DNA from: Victivallales bacterium
Lineage (GTDB): Bacteria; Verrucomicrobiota; Lentisphaeria; Victivallales; GWF2-38-69
NCBI GenBank assembly: GCA_036011305.1
Contig: DASCNA010000145.1
Location: 17,374 to 81,373 of the forward strand
Direction of reading: 5' to 3'
DNA: 64,000 bases
In this document: piece after piece, positions 39,073 through 49,142 of the stretch
Layout of the letters: the number at the start of each line of letters is the position of its first letter
Position numbering within the stretch: the first letter of the stretch is position 1
The notes under the pieces: generated by a model
What the model was told of the DNA's origin: nothing
The model's input: only the letters and a program-made list of their open reading frames with translations
Databases searched by the model: none
Program-made: the position numbers and the translations under genes

Positions 39073-39645
39073 TTAACTTGTTAGATACTTTAAACCATAT
39101 TTATCATAATCAATATTTATATTTTTCAGATTAAACATGTTTTCTAATAAACTTATGTTTCTTAAATCTTTATTCCTCAATTTCATTTCTGGGAATATTT
39201 GATTCAAAAGTTTTGTAAGTATTAGTTGTCCTAATGGAGAGATTAATAACAATTTTATTGAATTATGAAAATAAACGTTTGTTAACTGGAATGAATTTTC
39301 AGATAGACAAAAAGTCTTATTTCCATTTAGATCAACATAGGATATAAAATTTTTAAAATCTTCAAATTTTATAATATCCAGATACAACGAATCTTTAATA
39401 AAATACGTCTGGTGATATTTTTTATTTACAATTTCAAATCCGTTATCTATTAATAATTTTTCGAGTTTATCATAATCACTTTTTCTGATGAATAAATCTA
39501 TATCATCATGATTAACAAATTTTCGATTACACAAAAAATCCAGAGCCCAACCTCCGGCGAGCCAAATAGGAATATTCTTTGAATTTAATAATTCAAATAT
39601 TTGCATGATTAAATTTAATTGCTGTTCAGTTTTATTATCCATCAA
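39073..39645 (-). CDS. Nucleotidyltransferase of the ANT(2'')/Lnu (aminoglycoside/lincosamide nucleotidyltransferase) type
   Basis: NIPIWLAGGWALDFLCNRKFVNHDDIDLFI compares with the ANT(2'')-Ia / Lnu(C) pattern LP.WL.GGWG.D.L.G...R.H.DID, from recollection. Confidence 0.6.
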   Translation of the reverse strand: MMDNKTEQQLNLIMQIFELLNSKNIPIWLAGGWALDFLCNRKFVNHDDIDLFIRKSDYDKLEKLLIDNGFEIVNKKYHQTYFIKDSLYLDIIKFEDFKNFISYVDLNGNKTFCLSENSFQLTNVYFHNSIKLLLISPLGQLILTKLLNQIFPEMKLRNKDLRNISLLENMFNLKNINIDYDKYGLKYLTS

Positions 39646-40157
39646 ATCTTTTTATTTAATATCCAATTGCATGTTTCATTATTTTCTGATATCTGTTTGA
39701 ATCCACATTTTCTTAATACTTTTTGTGAACCTAAATTAGTATTAAGAACTTCACTTGCCGTTATACTACAACACTCTTTTTTGGAAAATGCCCATTTAGT
39801 CAATACCGAAAGTGATTCACCAGCAATTCCCTGACGGCGGTAATTTGGACTAACTCCATAACCTACTTCGGTTTCGCCATTCTCATCAGGGTACCCCTTA
39901 AAACCGAAAAATCCTAAAGCTGTTTTTGAGTTTTTATCTAATACAAGCCAATAAGTAAGCCAGGGATGATCATGTAAGCTGATCTTTCTCAATATTTTGA
40001 CTTTTATGCCTATTGCTTTTAGAATTGGAGCATCCAATAAATCTTTTATTTCTGTACAGTCAAGATCTTTTTCTAATTCTGCAATTTTATTTGGAATGAA
40101 CTCAAGTTGTTCTAAACTTAAGTTTATTAATTGAAGTCTGTCTGTTTCTAATATCAT
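39642..40157 (-). CDS. GNAT-family N-acetyltransferase (RimJ/RimL-like)
   Basis: Acetyl-CoA motif A RRQGIAGESL. Its stop overlaps the next start by 4 nt (ATGA). Confidence 0.8.
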   Translation of the reverse strand: MILETDRLQLINLSLEQLEFIPNKIAELEKDLDCTEIKDLLDAPILKAIGIKVKILRKISLHDHPWLTYWLVLDKNSKTALGFFGFKGYPDENGETEVGYGVSPNYRRQGIAGESLSVLTKWAFSKKECCSITASEVLNTNLGSQKVLRKCGFKQISENNETCNWILNKKI

Positions 40158-40188
40158 TTTACCTCTTTATGATACATGAAAATCTAGT

Positions 40189-40659
40189 TTATTCATGACA
40201 TTGTTGTGCAGCCATTGCAAATATGCCTGTTGTTTTTACTGATGATTTTAAAGTTAATGTCCATTTGCCTTTTATCGGTTTTTTAAATGACTTTTTGATA
40301 ATGACTCGTTTGGATGATGTTACTGTTTTTGAATAAATGATTTTTCCGTCTGGATTTCTAACTTCATAAGTTAGTTCACCGGCTGTTATATTGGCATAAA
40401 AACCTGTTTGCAATGGAGTATTTCTTGTACTGTTAATTTCTGTAGAAGTATTGACCATACCATTATTTATTTTAGAGGGGCCCGATGTTGCAATTGCCTT
40501 AGCATTACATTCTGTAAAATTATTTGTTATAATTTTATTGATTTTTTGTTCCTGAGTAAGTTTTTTTGGAGCTGTTTGTTTCGTATCTGACTTTGAACAG
40601 CCAGTCAATATTCCAATTAATCCGCAGAGTATGATAGTAAAAACTGCTGTTTTTTTCAT
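40189..40659 (-). CDS. Hypothetical lipoprotein
   Basis: Signal peptide plus lipobox ILTGCS. No family recognised. Confidence 0.55.
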   Translation of the reverse strand: MKKTAVFTIILCGLIGILTGCSKSDTKQTAPKKLTQEQKINKIITNNFTECNAKAIATSGPSKINNGMVNTSTEINSTRNTPLQTGFYANITAGELTYEVRNPDGKIIYSKTVTSSKRVIIKKSFKKPIKGKWTLTLKSSVKTTGIFAMAAQQCHE

Positions 40660-40817
40660 TTACTTCTTCTCCCGTTTTAGAAGTTTATAAAACCTTACAC
40701 AAAAATAGTTTCTTTTCAAACATTTTAATATTTTTTCCATATTCTCCTTGGTATAAAATATATCTATATTCTTGTAATGTTCATTCAATGAAGCTGATAT
40801 AACTTACATGAAATATG

Positions 40818-41654
40818 TTAGTTTGTACATAGAATGTTTTTCATAATCGTTTTCACTGCACTATATGTATTTTCTACAGCTAAAGTGAAAGAATCATGTT
40901 TTTTAATTGATTCAGATGGGTTTGTTTCATGTTCATAGACATAATTGCTGGCAGTCCTGATGACTGCAATTTTGTTAAATGAACATCTTTCAGCATCGGA
41001 TAATCTTTTAAAAGCAGTCATCATGCCAGAATCTTCCATATCGCTTATGCAGAAACATCCTTTATTATCGGTCCATTCTTTTACCCAGTTTTCTGACCAG
41101 TCCGCTAACTTTTTACCATGCCAGAAACAATCTGAAGTTAGATTGTCTCCCATAATAACGTTAATATCAGTTGATTCAGAAATTATTTTATAATTTTTCT
41201 CAACCAGTTCATTATTTAATGTAAAAACTTCCGAACCTGTTAGCCATGGAAGTTTTTCTTTGTAGAATTTTTTATTTTTAGCAAGTTCACGTGGATCAAT
41301 TTCAAAGCATAGATCATTTATAATATTATTTACACACACAACAGTGCCCAGTGGACCTTTTTTAGGCAACAAACCTCCAATGCCAGCGATTATAATATTT
41401 GTATCAGTCAGGTCAATTTTTGGTGAAAGCCCAATTGCCATAATAGAACTTGACGCATTTGCTATGCCCATTCCTGTAATAATAAGACCTACACCATTAT
41501 CGTTATAGTGAAGAGGAGAAAACGCTCCTGTAATCGCTAGTTGATTTGTCAGTTTTTCACGTTTGATAAAATATTCGTCTTCACCTGTGACATTATTTAT
41601 ATCTTCACTGCTGTAGGTTGTAATAAGAAGTATTTTAAGCTTAATTCTTTTCAT
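40818..41654 (-). CDS. Purine nucleoside permease (NUP)-family / nucleoside-phosphorylase-fold protein
   Basis: GLIITGMGIANASSSIMAIGLSPKIDLTDTNIIIAGIGG resembles the NUP (PF06516) core, by recollection. Confidence 0.5.
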   Translation of the reverse strand: MKRIKLKILLITTYSSEDINNVTGEDEYFIKREKLTNQLAITGAFSPLHYNDNGVGLIITGMGIANASSSIMAIGLSPKIDLTDTNIIIAGIGGLLPKKGPLGTVVCVNNIINDLCFEIDPRELAKNKKFYKEKLPWLTGSEVFTLNNELVEKNYKIISESTDINVIMGDNLTSDCFWHGKKLADWSENWVKEWTDNKGCFCISDMEDSGMMTAFKRLSDAERCSFNKIAVIRTASNYVYEHETNPSESIKKHDSFTLAVENTYSAVKTIMKNILCTN

Positions 41655-41872
41655 TGTAACTAATTCCTTATTTTTGGTATGCGACCGATATAAAATCCTT
41701 ATTTATCCGGGCTGTTTTGCAGCCGCTAATAGTTTCAATATTATATTGATTTAATAATGTAATATTATATTCTGGAATAATAAACAAATGCTTAATGATA
41801 TTGAAAGTAGAAAAATGGAAAATTTAAATTATTGTTAGCTGTAGTAACGAATTATTTAACAGGAGAAATAAT

Positions 41873-43384
41873 ATGTCTACACCCAGGGAACTGAAGATTT
41901 TCATTAATGGCAAATGGCTTGAATCAAAGACATCAGATTTTGTTGATTGTTATGATCCATCTACTGGAGAGGTTATAGCTAAAGCTCCTCATTGTACAAA
42001 AAGTGAAGTTGATAATGCCGTAGAAGCTGCAAAAAATGCGTATGTAGAATGGTCTGAAACTCCTCCTCCTAAGCGTGTGCAGGTTCTTTTTAAGATGAAA
42101 GAACTTGTTGTAAAGCACAGAGATGAACTCGTCAAAATTCTTGCAACAGAAAATGGTAAATGTTTGGAAGAAGCTCTAGGTGATGTATTAAAGGCAGAGG
42201 AGGTTATCGATTTTGCATGTGGCATACCCCAACTCCTGAAAGGTGATGCTCTTTTTAATTGTTCTGCCGAATATGACACCGTTCAGTATAAAGAGCCTGT
42301 AGGTGTATTTGCAGGTTTATGTCCATGGAATTTTCCTGCGATGATACCACATGGATGGATGATTCCAATCTGCATAGCTACAGGTAATACTTTTATCTTA
42401 AAACCAGCAATAGAAGTACCTCAGACATCAATAAAATTTATGGAGTTATGGGCTGAAGCAGGAGTTCCCAATGGTGTTATAAACATGATAACAGTAAGTC
42501 ATGTTGAAGCTGAATATCTTGTAAAACATAAAGATGTAAATGGTATAACTTTTGTCGGTTCCACTTCTGTAGGGAAGCATGTTTATGCCACTGCTGCTGA
42601 AGCCGGTAAAAGAGTTCAGGCATTGTGCGAAGCTAAAAATCATGCTTTAGTACTAAAAGACTGTAATCTCGATATGACAGTAAAAGGAATTGTCAATGCT
42701 ACATATGGATGTGCCGGTGAAAGATGTATGGCACTACCTGTTGTTGTCGTTGAAGATTCAATAGCTGATCAGCTTGTAGAAAAATTAAAAGCTTATGCTG
42801 AACAGATTAAGATTGGTCCAGCTTATGAAAAGAATTCTAAATTAGGTCCTTTGATTAATAAAAAACATCTTGAATTTGTTACTAAATGGATTGAGAAAGG
42901 TGTTAAAGAAGGTGCTGATTTGATACTTGACGGGAGAGACACAAAAGTAGAAGGTGCTGAAAATGGATACTATATTGGACCTTCAATATTTGATAATGTA
43001 AAACCTGGAATTAGTATTGGTGACAGAGAAGTATTCGGTCCTGTTACTTGTATTAAACGCGTGAAAGACTTTGAAGAAGGGGTGAAAGTTATGAACGACA
43101 ATCCTTTCGCCAATGGATCTGCTATCTATACTCAGAGCGGGTACTATGCACGTGAATTTTCTAAACGGACACATGGTGGAATGGTGGGTATTAATGTCGG
43201 CATTCCTGTGCCTGTAAGCATATTCGGTTTTACTGGACACAAAAACTCATTTTTTGGTGATCTTCACGTTATGGGAACAGATGGAGTAAGGTTTTATACC
43301 CAACTTAAATCTGTTACTTCACACTGGTTTGAAGAGGGTACCGACAGAGAAATCGATACCTGGGACGGGATGCTGAATAAGTAA
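41873..43384 (+). CDS. mmsA: Methylmalonate-semialdehyde dehydrogenase (CoA-acylating), MmsA/IolA
   Basis: ALDH fold with an MMSDH-type catalytic segment (GCAGERCMALP) and N-terminus LKIFINGKWLES. SD AGGAGA. Confidence 0.85.
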   Translation: MSTPRELKIFINGKWLESKTSDFVDCYDPSTGEVIAKAPHCTKSEVDNAVEAAKNAYVEWSETPPPKRVQVLFKMKELVVKHRDELVKILATENGKCLEEALGDVLKAEEVIDFACGIPQLLKGDALFNCSAEYDTVQYKEPVGVFAGLCPWNFPAMIPHGWMIPICIATGNTFILKPAIEVPQTSIKFMELWAEAGVPNGVINMITVSHVEAEYLVKHKDVNGITFVGSTSVGKHVYATAAEAGKRVQALCEAKNHALVLKDCNLDMTVKGIVNATYGCAGERCMALPVVVVEDSIADQLVEKLKAYAEQIKIGPAYEKNSKLGPLINKKHLEFVTKWIEKGVKEGADLILDGRDTKVEGAENGYYIGPSIFDNVKPGISIGDREVFGPVTCIKRVKDFEEGVKVMNDNPFANGSAIYTQSGYYAREFSKRTHGGMVGINVGIPVPVSIFGFTGHKNSFFGDLHVMGTDGVRFYTQLKSVTSHWFEEGTDREIDTWDGMLNK

Positions 43385-43407
43385 TTGTTAATAATAAGTA
43401 AAAGAAA

Positions 43408-43430
43408 AGGCGGTTTCATTGAAACCGCCT
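43408..43430. terminator. Rho-independent-type hairpin between convergent genes
   Basis: aggcggtttc-att-gaaaccgcct is a perfect 10-bp GC-containing stem in an AT-rich flank. Confidence 0.75.
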
Positions 43431-43458
43431 AATTAATAATTAATAATTAATAATTATA

Positions 43459-45045
43459 TTAGTGGTGTGTAGCTTCTTTTATGTTTTTTTGAAATGAAAG
43501 TGCTAAGAACAGAATGCCGAGAACTAAATAACCAATAGTTATATGGTAGCACATTGTTCTTTCTACTACAGGTAACAACCATGGTAGATACATTATTCCG
43601 TTCAAGTTTACCGACTGAACAATCCCAAAGAAAGAGAAACCAGCTAGTATAAATAGATATATTGAAGATTTTTTCAGATTTCTGTCTATTAATTCTGCAA
43701 CGAGACCTCCCCAGAGCATACCTGTCAAAATAAATCCATTTATCAGAGCAGCTAATACAAGAATATTTGGATAAGTTTCAGTTACTGCAGTACTCATTTG
43801 CAATAGCTTAGGAAAAGCGATATATGCTCCACCTGTAAGTGATATAAGCATAGGTTTCATTGCAGATGGGAACATCGCAAAAGCAGAAGCAACATAATGT
43901 CTCTTAGGTACTGCAGAGAAACCCTGGGCAATAATTTCAATTCCTACAAATATTAAGATAGGAGCAAAAATTGCAGTTGGGATGAGTTCGATTATATAGG
44001 AAACTATACCTGTAAATCCGCAAACGGCCATAAAAATAGCTATATATAAAGTATATCCCATTTTAGATCCCATGGCTTTGTACGCAGGCTGACCGGCATA
44101 AGCTGTAGTTTGAGTTATACTACCGCAGAAAGCACCTATTAAAGTAGTAATTCCATCAAGCAGTAAAATATTTTTAGGCCTATATGGGTCACCTACATCG
44201 ACTGCGCTGACAGTAACATTGATATCACCAATTGTAACAAGTATTGCAAAAGGTATAATTGCAGGAAGCAGCGGCCATATAAGATAAAAACCGTCAAACA
44301 TGCCCAGAGTTGGTGTAGGAAAGCTAAATGCAAGCTTGGCTGCAGGCGCTGTATAGTTAGTAGTAAGTATTCCGGAAAGACCTAGGATATGATAAATTAG
44401 AGCACAGCCTAAAACTCCTATAAGAAGGCCTGGCAGTTTTTTAGGGAATGGAATTCTTGCTATAAGTATATAAAGAACGAATCCTAAAGAGATAATACCT
44501 ACAAGTGGTAAAGCAAATATTTCTGTCAAAGCAAATATACCTATCATTACACCTATTCCTGCAAGTGACCCTAGAAGTCCGGCCATAGGTACAATTCTGG
44601 AAATAGCATTAGCAAACGGTGTAGCACAAATTTTAAAAAGTCCTATTATTCCTACTGAAGCCATACCTGCCTGCCAAGCTAAAATAGCAGCAGAGTGTGG
44701 ATCTATGCCGTTCTGCTTTAGTGTAACGAAAAGCGGACCTACAACTATGAGGGGCAAAGTTATGGTAGTAGGGGCATCCAGCCCATAAGGCATTGCCGTG
44801 ATATCAGTTCTTCCTGTCTTTTTCGCAATTCTTATGGCAATGATAGTCATTATCAGATTGCCAAGGAAAATAATAAGAACTATTCCAGGATAGATGTTAT
44901 AAAAAATAACTTCTCTTGGAAACTTAAATATCATCAGCATGACTGTTGCAAGAGAAAGGTTTGCCATATTATCGGAGACTAAACCTAAAAATCCATTAAT
45001 GTCTCCATATGCAAATAAACCTGATTTTTTCGCTTTTACATTCAT
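43459..45045 (-). CDS. Polytopic permease (possibly NCS2/xanthine-uracil-permease-like)
   Basis: 528 aa with 12 or more hydrophobic spans. The family assignment is a weak impression only. Confidence 0.45.
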   Translation of the reverse strand: MNVKAKKSGLFAYGDINGFLGLVSDNMANLSLATVMLMIFKFPREVIFYNIYPGIVLIIFLGNLIMTIIAIRIAKKTGRTDITAMPYGLDAPTTITLPLIVVGPLFVTLKQNGIDPHSAAILAWQAGMASVGIIGLFKICATPFANAISRIVPMAGLLGSLAGIGVMIGIFALTEIFALPLVGIISLGFVLYILIARIPFPKKLPGLLIGVLGCALIYHILGLSGILTTNYTAPAAKLAFSFPTPTLGMFDGFYLIWPLLPAIIPFAILVTIGDINVTVSAVDVGDPYRPKNILLLDGITTLIGAFCGSITQTTAYAGQPAYKAMGSKMGYTLYIAIFMAVCGFTGIVSYIIELIPTAIFAPILIFVGIEIIAQGFSAVPKRHYVASAFAMFPSAMKPMLISLTGGAYIAFPKLLQMSTAVTETYPNILVLAALINGFILTGMLWGGLVAELIDRNLKKSSIYLFILAGFSFFGIVQSVNLNGIMYLPWLLPVVERTMCYHITIGYLVLGILFLALSFQKNIKEATHH

Positions 45046-45200
45046 ATATTTTATTTCTCCCTTTCGTTATTTGATTCCTATAAAAGTATAGTATTTAATT
45101 TAAAAAATTAGAAAATATTGAGGGTAAATCTAAGATGTAGTTATATCTGAAAATTGAAAAAATATCAACAATATATTTTGTAATAAATTACTAAATAAAA

Positions 45201-45235
45201 GGCATAAACTTTAATATTTATTTAAAGTTTATGCC
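45201..45235 (-). terminator. Rho-independent terminator downstream of the DUF975 gene
   Basis: ggcataaacttta / taaagtttatgcc is a 13-bp stem with a 9-nt loop. It is followed on the minus strand by TTTTATTT. Confidence 0.6.
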
Positions 45236-45416
45236 GTTAAGTTAAAATAATAAGCATATGATTTTTTACTTATCTTATTTTCTTGCAAATTTTATTCTTG
45301 CATATATGTGTCAGTTATTTTAGATATCGTATGTAAGTGAATTTTATATAATTCAATCAAGAGACTTTTTATATGAATCGCAAATCAATAGTTCAAAATC
45401 CTAAGTTTTTTATATA

Positions 45417-46106
45417 TCAGCGGTCTTTTATATCATCATAAAATTTTGCCATTGTTACCACCATATAGGGAACAAGCCATAAAAAACCTATGCATAATGT
45501 AATAACAGATAGAATTGCCCACCATATAAAGCTCAGATTTAACCAGAAAAATTTCCATTTATTACCTTTCATAATTGTTATACTTCTGCAGATTGCCTTG
45601 AAAGGACCAATATTATTATCGGCTATTATGAAATAGCTCTGTGAATAGGCATAAGCTGCTATAATAGCTGGAATTAAGCCGATGAAAGAAATTACAATCA
45701 CTATTTGTCCGGCAAAAAGAAGTGATGGATTGCGTAATAAAATAATTCCAATTACTCCCGGTACAATACCGATAAGAGCCCATAGGAGAATGAATATCAG
45801 CATTAAGAGATAAACTCCGAGACTGGTTCCAAATTTCTTAAATCCATAAAAAATCAGTTGCAGTTTTGGATTGTCTGAACGGGATATGGCCAGAGAAAAG
45901 TAACATAACCCAACACTCATTGCACCGGATATTAATAATGAAATAACACTGCCTACTATTTCAGGCCTGATAAAACCTACTCCTGCTGTAATAATAAAGA
46001 ATATAATTAGAGTTCCTACAGCAAGTCCCCATTTACCTGTTAATGCTTCTCTTGCCTCTCTTCTTAACTCTTTATTTTCTGTTTTTTCTAATATTTTTAA
46101 ATCCAT
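45417..46106 (-). CDS. DUF975-like integral membrane protein
   Basis: MDLKILEKTENKELRREAREALTGKWGLAVGTLIIFFII is a typical DUF975 N-terminus. There are 5-6 TM spans. ATG at 46106 is preferred over 46181. Confidence 0.55.
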   Translation of the reverse strand: MDLKILEKTENKELRREAREALTGKWGLAVGTLIIFFIITAGVGFIRPEIVGSVISLLISGAMSVGLCYFSLAISRSDNPKLQLIFYGFKKFGTSLGVYLLMLIFILLWALIGIVPGVIGIILLRNPSLLFAGQIVIVISFIGLIPAIIAAYAYSQSYFIIADNNIGPFKAICRSITIMKGNKWKFFWLNLSFIWWAILSVITLCIGFLWLVPYMVVTMAKFYDDIKDR

Positions 46107-46203
46107 AGTTAAACCTTTTATTAAAAAACTTAAATATAATTTACTAGCTAAAAATTTACTTTCAGAATTATATATATTCAATATTAGTACATATCTTTTT
46201 AAT

Positions 46204-46225
46204 TTTCAGCTTGTGATATATAATT
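46204..46225 (+). promoter_or_regulatory. Degenerate copy of the TTTCAG..GATATAATT promoter-like motif upstream of paralogue 1
   Basis: tttcag-cttgt-gatatataatt compares with the exact 16-mers at 49084 and 51955. Confidence 0.3.
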
Positions 46226-46274
46226 GTGGTATCCTGATAAAAGCTAATTGTATAACAAATCATAACTGATATTA

Positions 46275-49040
46275 ATGGCTGACTTACAAAAGAAAAAAAA
46301 TATTAAACTTGGATTATTTTCATTAGTTATATTAAATATTGCTATTGTAGTTAATTTGAGTACTATAACTCCTTTTGATGATAATGATTTAAGTTATCTG
46401 TTTTTTTATATAATAGCAGCAGTTTTTTTCTTTATTCCTGTTGCTTTTGCAGTGGCTGAGTTATCAGCTATTAACCCTGAAAAAGGCGGAATTTATTATT
46501 GGATAAAAATTGCATTTGGTAAAAGTCTAGGCTTGTTTACAGTTTCCCTGCAATGGCTGGGATGCTCTGTTTTCTCTATAATATTCCTAACATTTGCATC
46601 TGCAAGCTTTGCTTTTATAATTATGCCCGATATCAAACAGGCGTTAAGTCTTGCTTCAAATGAATACTATATTATTCCATTTATTTTAGTAGTTTACTGG
46701 GGGATCACTTTTTTGATATTTAAAGGTATAAAAGTTATCCGTTTTCTATTCATATTCGGTGTATGTACATCAGTAATAATTCCCCTTATCTTATTAATTA
46801 GTTTAATATTTTACTATGTGTTTTATGGCCAGATTACCGGTTTTAATACTCATCATAATAGTTTTATACCAGATATTACTAAATTGTCTAATTTAAAAAT
46901 AGCAGCTTCAACTTTTACTTTTTTTCTTGGATTGGAAATGGCATCTAATTTTGGTAAAAATGTGAACACTCCTAGAAAAACATATTTTTATGGTACTTTA
47001 ATAACAGCTTTAATTATAATAATTTCATTTTTAATATTGTGTACATTTTATTTTGTTGTTTCTAATAGTGGAAAATCTAGTATTTTTATTATTGAAGTTA
47101 CTAGAGTTCTAAGAATCTTGATTGGGGGTACTGTCTACTATAAAATTTTAGGTAAGTTATTTCTTCTTTTAACTTTTTTAGGTGTCTTGGGGTGTTCATC
47201 TACATATATAATTGGAAGCTATAAAGGAATACTTTTTGGTATAAACGACCTAAACAATCGTCTATGGATAAATAAGAAAAATAAAAATGATATTCCATAT
47301 AGGGCATTAATAATACAGGCTGTTATAGTAAGTTTTTTCTGCCTTGCTTTTGTTTTGCAGCCAACTCCAGGTATGGTTTGTGCTATGCTTGGTGATTTTT
47401 TGATGCTGTTATTTTTATTAATGTATTTAATAATGTTTCCAGCTTTAATCAAAATTAGATTTTCAGTTTTGCAGAAACAAATGAATTATAAAATACCTGT
47501 CGGTAGATATGGAATATTCATTATTTATCTTGTAGGTTTTCTGAGCTCTGCATTTGCCATGTTTATTGGGTTATATCTTCCTGCAAAAACTTCAGGGAAA
47601 AACAATCCATTGATTTTAATAATCTTTTTTATAGTTTTATTAATATTATTATTACTGGCGCCCAGTATTGTGTATATCAAAAAGATCAGGTTACTGGTGT
47701 TTGGCAAGCCTGGGCAATCCGGTGTCGGGAAAAAAAGCATAGCTATTGTACTTGTAGGTCTTGGGATACTTGCATACATCATTAAATATGTACTGAATAT
47801 CATACTGACAAGATACCTTTCACCTTCAGATTATGGAGATTTAGCAGTAAGTTTGAGAATTATTATCATTCTATCTTTATTACTACTACTTGGAACAAAT
47901 AACTCTGTAAAAAAATATTTGACAAAATATCTCTTTGTAAGGGATATGGTGAGGATAAAAAGATTTATTCTGTGGAATTTAAAGATAATATATAAATCAC
48001 TGGTATCCTACGTTATCATGTTATTAATTGTATATTTGGTGATAGTCTTGCTGCATGTTTTAAGTATTAGAAATATGTATTCATATCATATTGCTTTGTT
48101 TTATTTGCCTATAGCTCCTTTAGCCGCAATATCAGTTCTGTTTTCAAGTTATATTTTAAGCAATAAATGGCCTGTACTCTTTTTCTTTTTCAGAAAAATA
48201 GCAGTTTTTATTTTTTCACTGATTTTAATTGGAGGTGGTATCCTATTTTATAATGTTGATATAAATCTATATACTATAGGAGTTTTTTTATTGCTAGCCC
48301 ATGGGTTAGTCATAATCTCAGAGCTTGTTTTAATTAATAAAATTTTTACTGAACATAGTATATCTTCATTAGTCGACAATTTTAAAAAGCGTATTGAAAA
48401 TGGGAAAGAAAAAGTATTATGGCTTACAGATTCGTTCCGAATGATTGGTACACAGTTAATATTTAATTTAATATGGACTATAGATCTTTTTATTCTCGAA
48501 GTTGTGCATAATTCCAATATGGATGTAGGATATTATGCTGCAATGCTTGTTCTTACAAACATTCTTCTTATTATTCCAAGTGCTGTAACAACTCTCCTTG
48601 TTCCGAATATTTCGTCTATGATATCAAAAGGTAGGTTTGATGAACTACAGCAAAATATTAATTTAGTTAACTCCATTAATATATTAATCCTTACTCTATT
48701 GTTAATAATACTTTTAATCTTCTCTGATACATTACTTTTAGTATTTGGTAAGTGGTATAATTCTGCTGAAGTACCATTTATCATTTTATGTTTTACATAT
48801 TATCTGGCATCAATATTTGTTCCAGGAGGGAAATTGTTGACTTTTACTGAAACGGGAAAGCAGTTTATTATTAGTATTACTGAGTTATTAATTGTTATTA
48901 TTTGCGGAATAGTTCTTACTTTACTTTGGGGGTTAACAGGAATGGCTCTTTCTGTACTAGTTTCAATTCTATTTAAATCATTAATAACTTATATTATTTT
49001 AAAGAGAAAGTTTCCGATTAAGCCTTTATCTATAATATAA
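46275..49040 (+). CDS. APC-type amino-acid permease (GadC/YjeM-like) fused to MOP-superfamily Wzx/PST-like flippase domain, paralogue 1 (921 aa, ~24 TM)
   Basis: N-half: KKKN tail, LVILNIAIVVNL, FFFIPVAFAVAELSAINPEKGGIYYWIKIAFG..LQWLG, 12 TM. C-half from ~aa 490: YVLNIILTRYLSPSDYGDLAVSLR, DVGYYAAMLVLTNILLIIPSAVTTLLVP, 12 TM. The ORF call is solid. The domain calls are motif-level. Confidence 0.8.
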   Translation: MADLQKKKNIKLGLFSLVILNIAIVVNLSTITPFDDNDLSYLFFYIIAAVFFFIPVAFAVAELSAINPEKGGIYYWIKIAFGKSLGLFTVSLQWLGCSVFSIIFLTFASASFAFIIMPDIKQALSLASNEYYIIPFILVVYWGITFLIFKGIKVIRFLFIFGVCTSVIIPLILLISLIFYYVFYGQITGFNTHHNSFIPDITKLSNLKIAASTFTFFLGLEMASNFGKNVNTPRKTYFYGTLITALIIIISFLILCTFYFVVSNSGKSSIFIIEVTRVLRILIGGTVYYKILGKLFLLLTFLGVLGCSSTYIIGSYKGILFGINDLNNRLWINKKNKNDIPYRALIIQAVIVSFFCLAFVLQPTPGMVCAMLGDFLMLLFLLMYLIMFPALIKIRFSVLQKQMNYKIPVGRYGIFIIYLVGFLSSAFAMFIGLYLPAKTSGKNNPLILIIFFIVLLILLLLAPSIVYIKKIRLLVFGKPGQSGVGKKSIAIVLVGLGILAYIIKYVLNIILTRYLSPSDYGDLAVSLRIIIILSLLLLLGTNNSVKKYLTKYLFVRDMVRIKRFILWNLKIIYKSLVSYVIMLLIVYLVIVLLHVLSIRNMYSYHIALFYLPIAPLAAISVLFSSYILSNKWPVLFFFFRKIAVFIFSLILIGGGILFYNVDINLYTIGVFLLLAHGLVIISELVLINKIFTEHSISSLVDNFKKRIENGKEKVLWLTDSFRMIGTQLIFNLIWTIDLFILEVVHNSNMDVGYYAAMLVLTNILLIIPSAVTTLLVPNISSMISKGRFDELQQNINLVNSINILILTLLLIILLIFSDTLLLVFGKWYNSAEVPFIILCFTYYLASIFVPGGKLLTFTETGKQFIISITELLIVIICGIVLTLLWGLTGMALSVLVSILFKSLITYIILKRKFPIKPLSII

Positions 49041-49083
49041 AATTTCTAATTCCTGCATTTTTACTATCTTTTATAATGGACTG

Positions 49084-49099
49084 TTTCAGGATATAATTA
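49084..49099 (+). promoter_or_regulatory. Conserved promoter-like motif TTTCAGGATATAATTA (contains TATAAT) upstream of paralogue 2
   Basis: An identical 16-mer occurs at 51955-51970. The whole intergenic spacer is homologous to the 51909-52020 spacer. Confidence 0.45.
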
Positions 49100-49142
49100 G
49101 AAATTATAATATATTCCTGTTCACTTATGTTTACGATTATAT

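Noticed and set aside
45046-45200. A purine or other riboswitch upstream of the putative NCS2-like permease.
   Set aside because: The reverse-complement leader shows no purine-riboswitch core (no conserved P1/J loops) and no obvious expression-platform hairpin.
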